64,000 nt of DNA, taken from the NCBI GenBank assembly GCA_043775015.1, contig JAYVSV010000029.1:6818-70817 (forward strand), given 5' to 3'. The DNA is from Verrucomicrobiota bacterium (GTDB taxonomy: Bacteria; Verrucomicrobiota; Verrucomicrobiia; Limisphaerales; CANJXF01). The notes below the pieces were generated by a model. That model searched no databases and had not been told where the DNA came from. It saw nothing but the letters and a program-made list of their open reading frames with translations. The translations under genes and the position numbers were made by a program. Within the stretch, counting starts at the first letter, position 1; every line of letters begins with the position of its first letter. Shown here piece by piece: positions 57,371 through 64,000 of the stretch.

Positions 57371-58033
57371 TTACAACTTTCCTTTAGTGCTCGGCAATTG
57401 GCCAAAAATCCTTGGATCTTGTTGGCAGGCGAAATCAACGGCGCGCGCAAATGCTTTGAAAAGTGCTTCGACCACGTGGTGCGGTTCTTCACCGTAAAGC
57501 AGCTCCAAGTGCAGATTGCAGCGCGCTTCGTTCGTGAATCCTTGAAAAAATTCCTTCGCTAAACCAAATCGGAACGAGGACGACATGTCCTGGTTCTTTT
57601 CTGTTTTGCTGATGCTTTTGAAAGACATTTTACCAAGACCACGCCAGACCATGAACGGTCTGCCGCTGAAATCGACGACGCACCGCGCTAAACATTCATC
57701 CATCGGAACGAAAGCTTCGCCGGTCAGGGGATTTCGCGGATCGAAACCGGTTCCGTAACGGCGAATCCCCTTTTTATCGCCGAGCGCTGCAACGAACGCC
57801 TGCCCGAGCGCAATCCCGCAATCTTCGACGGTGTGATGCGCATCGACTTCCAAATCGCCCTGGCAATTCAAAACTAAATCGGTCGTCGAGTGTTTCGCAA
57901 AGAGCGTGAGCATGTGATCGAAAAACGGAACCCCGGTTTTGATCGACGATTTTCCACCGCCATCAATGTTTAACTTGAGGAAAATTCGGGTTTCTTTCGT
58001 TGCCCGCTTGATTTGCGCGAAGCGCTTTTTCAT
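57371..58033 (-). CDS. hisB: Imidazoleglycerol-phosphate dehydratase
   Basis: FFDHML, DAHHTVED, VPMDE, HHVVEALFKAF and PSTKG. Confidence 0.97.
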   Translation of the reverse strand: MKKRFAQIKRATKETRIFLKLNIDGGGKSSIKTGVPFFDHMLTLFAKHSTTDLVLNCQGDLEVDAHHTVEDCGIALGQAFVAALGDKKGIRRYGTGFDPRNPLTGEAFVPMDECLARCVVDFSGRPFMVWRGLGKMSFKSISKTEKNQDMSSSFRFGLAKEFFQGFTNEARCNLHLELLYGEEPHHVVEALFKAFARAVDFACQQDPRIFGQLPSTKGKL

Positions 58034-58199
58034 TGGGCGGAATAAAACAGCTTTCGTTGCGAAAACAAAGAGCAAATGAATGTGAAGTGGTAAACCGAGA
58101 GTTCCTGCCGCAGGTTTTGAAAAATATTATTTAGACAAAAGTGACGCAGAAGGGCTTGCCTCTCGACTGAACAGAAGCAAAACTTCTTTGTCTTGTTTC

Positions 58200-59672
58200 A
58201 TGGTGAAGGCTTGGCTGAAGAAAATTCATTGGTGTGCGAGAGGCGCTGGATGGGCGCTGCTTTTATTATTTATTGGGAATTCTGCGCTGGGGGCGCAAGA
58301 CCAGTCACCGCCACCTGATGAAAAATCGCCGGCTTTTCTCAAACTAGTTGTCACAAAGAACCAGGTTTTTATCGGAGAGCCGATTGCAGTGGAAATTCAA
58401 CTTTACTGTCAAGATGCGCGGGACCTCAGCATGCCACAAATCCAAAGCGATGGGTTCACTGTCGGGAACATCCCGCAGCCAACCCAATCTCGAACTCGCG
58501 TCGGCAATGAAATCTATAATCTGGTCACCTTCAAAGTTGTAGCGGCTGCCACAAAAATTGGATCACAGATGCTCGGTCCCGCCACCTGCACTCTTAAATT
58601 GTTGATGGGACCACGAAATGTTTTCGGCCAGTACACTCAGGAAAGGTCGGTCACCCTCAAAAGCGAACCGCAGATGTTGAACGTCCACTCGTTGCCCACT
58701 GCCAATAAACCGCCGGGTTTTAATGGAGCCATCGGGAACTTCAATATGCTATTCACTGCCGGGCCAACCAACGTTGCCGTCGGTGATCCGATCACCATCA
58801 AAGTAAAAATTTCCGGTCGCGGCGCATTGGATCTTTTGTCCTTGCCTTCGCAAAGTGATTGGCGCGAATTCAAAACATATCCTGCCACCAGCAAAGTTGA
58901 ACCGACTGACCCGCTTGGTTTGGAAGGAACGAAAACGTTTGAGCAAGTCGTTGTTCCGCAAAATTCCGGGATCACGGAACTGCCGCAATTTGTTTTCAGT
59001 TTCTTCAATCCCGAGAGGAAACGCTATCAGACCCTCACCAATTCGGCGGTTCCCCTTGTGGTTCGCCCGACCGCCGCGACACCGCAGCCAACCATCTTTT
59101 CGAGCAATTCTGATTCAGGCGAGAAAAGTTCCACCGCACGGGAAATCGTTCACATCAAGCCGCAAATCGGAACTATTCACACGAACTCCGCTCCGTTGCT
59201 CAAACAACCGTGGTTCCTCGCGTTGCAACTGGTCGCGCCACTCGCGTGGATTGCTGGCGTGATTTCTCGAAAACGTCGTGAGAATTTACAGAACAATCCT
59301 CGTTTGCGACGCGAGCGCGAAGTTGCAAAAATCGTGGCGCATGGATTGAAGGAACTGTCGCGCCACGCGGCGGCAAACGAAACGGATAATTTTTTTTCGA
59401 CACTCTTTCGCCTGCTGCAAGAACAACTTGGCGAGCGGCTAAATCTACCGGCCTCGGCCATCACCGAAGCGGTGCTCGACGAACAGTTGCGTCCCAACGG
59501 AGTTTCAGAGGAAACGCTCGCGTTGCTTCACCAACTATTTCAAAACTGCAACCAGGCCCGGTATGCCGCGCAGCGCAGCTCTGCTGAACTCGCCTCTTTT
59601 ATTCCTAAAACCGCCGACGCTTTGGCGGCGTTGAAGAACCTGAAACATGAAAAAACACTGGTTCGAGTTTAA
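58200..59672 (+). CDS. batD: BatD-family protein
   Basis: Ig-like repeats, FNGAIGNF, VGDPIT..V.ISG.G, FSFFNP....Y, a TM helix and C-terminal C..ARYA. Confidence 0.8.
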   Translation: MVKAWLKKIHWCARGAGWALLLLFIGNSALGAQDQSPPPDEKSPAFLKLVVTKNQVFIGEPIAVEIQLYCQDARDLSMPQIQSDGFTVGNIPQPTQSRTRVGNEIYNLVTFKVVAAATKIGSQMLGPATCTLKLLMGPRNVFGQYTQERSVTLKSEPQMLNVHSLPTANKPPGFNGAIGNFNMLFTAGPTNVAVGDPITIKVKISGRGALDLLSLPSQSDWREFKTYPATSKVEPTDPLGLEGTKTFEQVVVPQNSGITELPQFVFSFFNPERKRYQTLTNSAVPLVVRPTAATPQPTIFSSNSDSGEKSSTAREIVHIKPQIGTIHTNSAPLLKQPWFLALQLVAPLAWIAGVISRKRRENLQNNPRLRREREVAKIVAHGLKELSRHAAANETDNFFSTLFRLLQEQLGERLNLPASAITEAVLDEQLRPNGVSEETLALLHQLFQNCNQARYAAQRSSAELASFIPKTADALAALKNLKHEKTLVRV

Positions 59673-60483
59673 TAATTTCAGAGTGAAACACTTTTCAGTG
59701 AAAAGAACGTTCACGTTCCGAGTGGCCGGACAGCTCAACATGATTTTAGTAATTGCCACGGTTGCTTTATCGCTGACCACAAATTTATTTGCCGAAAACG
59801 CTCCCTCAATTTTTAACGAGGCAAATAAATTTTACGAGCAGGGCCGGTATTCTGAAGCCGCCAGCGCCTACGAAAAAATCATTCAATCCGGGTCGGATTC
59901 TGCAGCAGTCCAATTCAATTTGGGCAATGCGTTTTTGAAGGCCGGCAAAACCGGTCGCGCCATTGTTGCCTATCGAACTGCGGAAAAAATCTCTCCACGC
60001 GACCCGGACCTTCGCGCGAATTTGCAATTTGCTCGCGACCAGGCGACGGGCGGAGTTTCGAATACACGACTGCATTGGACGCATTGGACTGCGCCACTCA
60101 CTCTGAACGAATGGACCCTCCTCGCAGCAACCGCCGTAAGCGCGTGGTTTCTGTTGCTGGCTTTTAGGCAATGGCGCACAAAATGGAACAAATCATTTGG
60201 CCGAAGCCTGCTTTTGATCGGAGTAGTCGCCGGAGTTTTGATGGTCTGCCTGATTTCGTCCGTTCGCACCGAACTGACGCAATCTTCAGTCGTGATTGTG
60301 CCGGAAGCGGTGGTCCGGCGCGGGCCTTTCGAAGAATCGCAAAGCGCATTTTCCCTGCGCAACGGTGCGGAAGTTACCGTTCAGGATCGAAACGCCGAGT
60401 GGTTGAAAATTTTGGAAGGCTCGCAGCGAACCGGCTGGTTGCCGCAGCGACAATTGCTGCCGGTGCCGGGCGCGAAACTCTAA
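59647..60483 (+). CDS. batE: BatE-like TPR/SH3 protein
   Basis: FNEANKFY, FNLGNA...G.AI..Y, PRDPDLRANL, two TMs and C-terminal SH3-like GWL. Start uncertain. Confidence 0.8.
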   Translation: MKKHWFEFNNFRVKHFSVKRTFTFRVAGQLNMILVIATVALSLTTNLFAENAPSIFNEANKFYEQGRYSEAASAYEKIIQSGSDSAAVQFNLGNAFLKAGKTGRAIVAYRTAEKISPRDPDLRANLQFARDQATGGVSNTRLHWTHWTAPLTLNEWTLLAATAVSAWFLLLAFRQWRTKWNKSFGRSLLLIGVVAGVLMVCLISSVRTELTQSSVVIVPEAVVRRGPFEESQSAFSLRNGAEVTVQDRNAEWLKILEGSQRTGWLPQRQLLPVPGAKL

Positions 60484-61847
60484 ACTGACGAAAGCTCCTT
60501 CAACGTTCCTGTGCTATCGCCAAGGCGATCCACGCCAGCTCCCATTCGTTCGAGCATCGAAAGGTAAAGATTGGTCATCGGAGTTTCTTTTTGAAAACGA
60601 ATGTGTCGCCCACTCTGAATCGTTCCGCCTCCGCCTCCGGCAAACAACACCGGCAAGTTATCGTGGTTATGCGCGTTGCCATCGCCAATTCCGCTGCCGT
60701 AAACGATCATGCAATTGTCGAGCAAGGTTCCTTCGCCTTCTCGGATTCCTTTTAATTTTTCCAGGAAGTAGGCGAATTGCGTGGAATGAAAATAATTTAT
60801 CTTCGCGATCTTCTGCTTTTTCACCACGTCATTGTCGTGATGCGACAACTCGTGATGGCCCTCTGAAATATTGAGGTTCTTGTAACTCCGATTACTTCCA
60901 TCATAAGCAATCATCAACGTGGAAATGCGCGTGGTGTCCGTTTGAAAGGCCAGCGCCTGCAAATCGTACATCAAGCGGATATGCTTTCCGAAGCCATCCA
61001 CGCCCACGGGGATTCCGTTCGGACGTTTGACATCGGGCAATTCAGTTGAAAATTTTTCCGCTTTCTCAATGCGCTGCTCGACCTCGCGCACCGCCGTGAG
61101 ATATTCATCCAGCTTGCGCCGGTCGGTGTAGCCGAGATTGGACTGAAGTTGTTTCGCATCTTCGATCACGAAATCGAGAATACTTTTCTGGTAACGTTTC
61201 CGGCGAATCGATTTCTCGGAAACTTCGCCCGAAGAATTATTGGCGAAGAGCCGTTCGAAAACCGATCGCGGGTCGATCTCCGGCGGCATGGGCGTCGATT
61301 CCCCTTTCCACGAAATATTTGCCTGATACGCGCAACTGTAGCCGGAATCACAATGGCCGGCCTGACGATTTCCTTCGCAACCGAGTTCCAGCGAACTGAA
61401 CCGAGTTTTGTCTCCAATTTTTCCTGCGGCAATCTGGTCCACTGAAACACCGACTTTGATGTCCGCGCCCTCCGTTTTACGCGCCTGACATCCGGTAAGA
61501 AATGTGGCGGAAGCGCGCGCGTGATCCCCTGCTCCGTCGCCGTTGGCCCGCGCTTTGGCTTGAGCGAGGCCACTCAAAACCATCAGTTGATTTTGAAACG
61601 GTTTGAGCGGTTCGAGAATGTAAGGAAAATCAAAATCCCCACCGAGCTTCGTTGGAGTCCAGTCCACCATGTTCACGCCGTTTGGCACGTAAACAAACGC
61701 CATCCGTTTTGGAAAAATTTTCGTGGGGTCGGTATTCGCCGCGATGAGTTTGGTCACCGGCGACATCGCTTCAAACAGCGGCAAGGCCATTGCCGTTCCG
61801 AGGCCGCGAAGGAACGTCCGTCGCGGAATATGCCACTTCTTTTGCAT
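60480..61847 (-). CDS. DUF1552-domain protein (Tat signal)
   Basis: RRTFLRG.G..MALP.FEAM, YVPNG, SVDQ, CDSGYSCAY, HHELSHH and GTLLDN. Confidence 0.92.
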   Translation of the reverse strand: MQKKWHIPRRTFLRGLGTAMALPLFEAMSPVTKLIAANTDPTKIFPKRMAFVYVPNGVNMVDWTPTKLGGDFDFPYILEPLKPFQNQLMVLSGLAQAKARANGDGAGDHARASATFLTGCQARKTEGADIKVGVSVDQIAAGKIGDKTRFSSLELGCEGNRQAGHCDSGYSCAYQANISWKGESTPMPPEIDPRSVFERLFANNSSGEVSEKSIRRKRYQKSILDFVIEDAKQLQSNLGYTDRRKLDEYLTAVREVEQRIEKAEKFSTELPDVKRPNGIPVGVDGFGKHIRLMYDLQALAFQTDTTRISTLMIAYDGSNRSYKNLNISEGHHELSHHDNDVVKKQKIAKINYFHSTQFAYFLEKLKGIREGEGTLLDNCMIVYGSGIGDGNAHNHDNLPVLFAGGGGGTIQSGRHIRFQKETPMTNLYLSMLERMGAGVDRLGDSTGTLKELSSV

Positions 61848-61899
61848 CGCTTTACTGACGAACTTAGCGGGAAAGTTCTTCAAAAACAAGAAGTCAAAT

Positions 61900-62123
61900 T
61901 CTCCTTCACCATCGGTTTGATCCGTCGGTAATCCTGCCCCGGCTCGGTCGAGAAAGACGCGCTACTTGATTGGCGCGAGGGCGCACGGCCACAGTGAAAA
62001 GGCTTCGGGAAAATCATCCGACCCGACCCGTGGCCGAAGTCTCTGCGTGGGCTTATTCAACAACGACTAGTCCCACGCCTGCGGGACTCCGCTCCTCTCA
62101 GTCGGTCAATGCCAGTCTTGGAG
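61900..62123 (-). mobile_element. Putative orphan IS110-family left non-coding end (bridge-RNA-like), transposase absent
   Basis: GC-rich structured block with hairpins at 62069-62088 and 61987-62035. It starts at CT immediately after an attC R''-like GCCTAAT and ends in an AAGGAG RBS with no ORF. The family assignment rests on recalled resemblance only. Confidence 0.4.
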
Positions 62124-62137
62124 ATTAGGCTGTTCAA

Positions 62138-62614
62138 TCATGGGTCAGTCATCACTTTCTTGAACGCGGCAACCTGGTCTGCCGGCATGTCCTTAAACCG
62201 AGGCTTCATCGTAACCATGCCCACATACTTCCCTTCGCGCACGTAGCCCCAGTCGGTGATGTCCGCCGCTGGAATCTCAATCCGGTCGCCTAGCTTCACG
62301 CTCGCCACGATCTTCGGCTGGTGGCTGATGGTGACCATCGTCTTGCCATCGCGACGCTCGAAGTCGGTGGTGTGAAAGTGCTCAATACGTCCTTTGTCAG
62401 TAATCCTGACCACGAGCACAAAGTTACTTTCCCCGCGCCCTCGCTTATCGTACACCTGCCAGAACTGCGGCAGTGTCCCCTGCGCCTTGGTAATGGCTGC
62501 CGCCATCTCGGGGTCGGTATCCTCGACGTAGCCCTTGTCTGTTTTCGCGCAGGCGGTGAACAACGCCACCAGAACTGCGACTAGAAGCGGGGCGATTTGT
62601 GCGGTGCGTTTCAT
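62138..62614 (-). CDS. DUF2314 (YegJ-like) lipoprotein, gene-cassette ORF
   Basis: Lipobox LFTAC, DPEMAAAI.KA..TLP.F, EHF, V.LGD and ITDW. Start 14 nt after a GTTAGGC core site. Confidence 0.85.
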   Translation of the reverse strand: MKRTAQIAPLLVAVLVALFTACAKTDKGYVEDTDPEMAAAITKAQGTLPQFWQVYDKRGRGESNFVLVVRITDKGRIEHFHTTDFERRDGKTMVTISHQPKIVASVKLGDRIEIPAADITDWGYVREGKYVGMVTMKPRFKDMPADQVAAFKKVMTDP

Positions 62615-62628
62615 GATGTGGTCGAACG

Positions 62629-62849
62629 GCCTAACGGATAAGAGACGAGCCACAGCCGGATGAACCAGCGGCGCGAAATGGGAGCCGAGCTAAACCCAAG
62701 AGCGGGGCGGCTGTTGGCTGCAGCGAGAGCCTGTGTGAAAACTCATTGAAACGATTGGTCATGATTCAATTTGTAAGGACTTACAAAAGTTCATCAATAA
62801 CTTACAAAAGCTTGAAAGAGTTTTCGCACAGGCTCGCGATTTGTTAGGC
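62629..62849 (-). other. attC recombination site (108 bp after removing the MITE and one TSD)
   Basis: The - strand reads GCCTAAC-AAATCGC-TGCAGCCAACAGCCG ... CGGCTGTGGCTCGTCTCTTATCC-GTTAGGC. R''/R' boxes are complementary with an imperfect inner palindrome, and the site lies 1 nt after the upstream stop codon. Confidence 0.8.
62727..62835. mobile_element. 109-bp MITE with 18-bp terminal inverted repeats and 4-bp TSD (GCGA)
   Basis: GAGCCTGTGTGAAAACTC ... GAGTTTTCGCACAGGCTC (17/18). GCGA at 62723-26 and 62836-39; AT-rich interior. Confidence 0.9.
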
Positions 62850-62850
62850 A

Positions 62851-63102
62851 TCACGGCTTCCTCCTCAACTCTAAAATGAACTGAATGAGAACCGCGAAAG
62901 AACCCAAACCGCCGCCCAGCAGAACGCCCACAGTCGCACCGCCAAAAGTAGCAAAGCCGACAGGCTCGACATCCTGCCAAGGAATAACGTGCCGGAAGAA
63001 ATCGGGCGTCATCTTGCCGGACGCAAAACCAAACACGCCGCCCATGACTGAACCAACGAGTGCGGCGATTGTCACGGTGACGAATGTCTTCTTAATGCTC
63101 AT
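62851..63102 (-). CDS. Small two-TM hypothetical protein, gene-cassette ORF
   Basis: 83 aa with two Gly-rich TMs. Bounded by GTTAGGC 13 nt upstream and an attC directly downstream. Confidence 0.8.
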   Translation of the reverse strand: MSIKKTFVTVTIAALVGSVMGGVFGFASGKMTPDFFRHVIPWQDVEPVGFATFGGATVGVLLGGGLGSFAVLIQFILELRRKP

Positions 63103-63115
63103 AGCGTGTAGTGTG

Positions 63116-63165
63116 GCCTAACATTGTATCGAGTTGCGAAACCGAATTCTTTTGCAGCCTAATTT
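63116..63165 (-). other. Core site GTTAGGC at the cassette-array 5' end (attI-like remnant)
   Basis: The - strand reads ...ATTAGGCTGCAAAAGAATTCGGTTTCGCAACTCGATACAAT-GTTAGGC; no matching attC palindrome upstream. Confidence 0.4.
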
Positions 63166-63291
63166 GGTTTTCACTGGCGCCAACCTTAATCTTCCGACTT
63201 GGTGTTGCCAGCATTTTTTCTTGGAGGTTCCATAGGTTCTGGATGAGGGTCAATTAATCCGGGACGCGAGGAACTCTTTCCTTCCTACAAG

Positions 63292-63999
63292 CTACAATCG
63301 GGCTACGAGCAACTCTCTTTGAAAGATAAGTTCCTTCGGCAAATGCGAATAAAGTTTAATGAATAGTTCATCCTGCGACAGAACCTCACGCTTCCAATCA
63401 TCCATGCTCATTCGTTGCGCGGCGGCGAGCCGTGCGGAATCGAAGCCATCCATTCCTTCGAGATCAAAATCCTCGGGGCCAGGAACCCAGCCCAGCGGCG
63501 TTTCGTTTGCGCCTGCGCGCCCGCGACAACGTTCGATGATCCATTTCAACACGCGCATATTTTCTCCGTAGCCGGGCCAGAGATATTTGCCCTGTTCATC
63601 TTTGCGAAACCAGTTTACGTGAAAAATACGCGGTGGAACCGTGATGAGCTTCCGCATGTTCAGCCAGTGTTTGAAATAGTCGCCCATGTTGTAGCCACAG
63701 AACGGCAGCATTGCCATCGGGTCGAAGCGGAGAACGCCGGCAGCGCTCTGCTGGGCAGCAGTGGTTTCGGAGCCCATCGTGGCGCCCAGGAACACTCCGT
63801 GGTTCCAGTCGAACGCTTCGTTGACCAGCGGCACCGTCGTGCGACGGCGGCCGCCGAACAAGATGGCGCTGATTGGCACGCCGGCTGGGTCCTGCCATTC
63901 GTCGGCGATCGACGGGCACTGCGAGGCCGGAGCAGTGAAGCGGGCGTTGGGGTGAGCGGCCGGGGTCTCGGTCTCCGGCGTCCACGCGTTGCCCTTCCA
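63292..63999 (-). CDS. pckG: Phosphoenolpyruvate carboxykinase (GTP), 5'-truncated by window edge
   Basis: [38 protein letters not shown] and [11 protein letters not shown]. Confidence 0.97.
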   Translation of the reverse strand, partial: WKGNAWTPETETPAAHPNARFTAPASQCPSIADEWQDPAGVPISAILFGGRRRTTVPLVNEAFDWNHGVFLGATMGSETTAAQQSAAGVLRFDPMAMLPFCGYNMGDYFKHWLNMRKLITVPPRIFHVNWFRKDEQGKYLWPGYGENMRVLKWIIERCRGRAGANETPLGWVPGPEDFDLEGMDGFDSARLAAAQRMSMDDWKREVLSQDELFIKLYSHLPKELIFQRELLVARL

Positions 64000-64000
64000 G

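Noticed and set aside
62759-62980. ORF 62759-62980 and the N-terminal extension of the DUF2314 ORF to 62653
   Set aside because: They run through the MITE/attC. The lipoprotein start at 62614 fits the cassette geometry better.
1-64000. tRNA/rRNA genes
   Set aside because: No cloverleaf with T-loop/CCA and no rRNA-like sequence was noticed in the intergenic regions (by eye only).

Overview
This is a 64-kb bacterial chromosomal window whose gene content and style point to Verrucomicrobiota, probably Pedosphaerales-like (PVC-type CxxCH protein, DUF1552, H-X9-DG prepilin-like protein, sulfatase, BatD/E, a '...FYRL' C-terminal domain); the taxonomy is an inference. Housekeeping genes (smc, mreBCD-mrdA-rodA-rne/rng, dapL, hisB, nuoA, sod, kup, mgtE, ClC, partial pckG) alternate with periplasmic carbohydrate and hydrolase genes. 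No rRNA, tRNA or CRISPR array was seen. The most interesting signals are in non-coding and mobile DNA. (1) A Y1/HUH (RAYT-like) transposase sits among five ~87-bp three-hairpin REP modules, including a 333-bp-period duplication. (2) REP-doublet (REPIN-like) palindromes of several different sequence families are inserted in frame inside protein-coding genes: the smc hinge, the CxxCH dehydrogenase and an ABC transporter linker. (3) An integrase-less gene-cassette remnant lies at 62.1-63.2 kb. One attC is interrupted by a 109-bp MITE with 4-bp target duplication, and the next is cut off by a structured ~220-nt non-coding block resembling an orphan IS110 left end (bridge-RNA-like). (4) Tandem NrdR-like boxes flank a DnaA box upstream of smc. 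(5) Several pseudogenes are present: a BON lipoprotein, a RelE-type toxin and a split secreted lipase-like gene.
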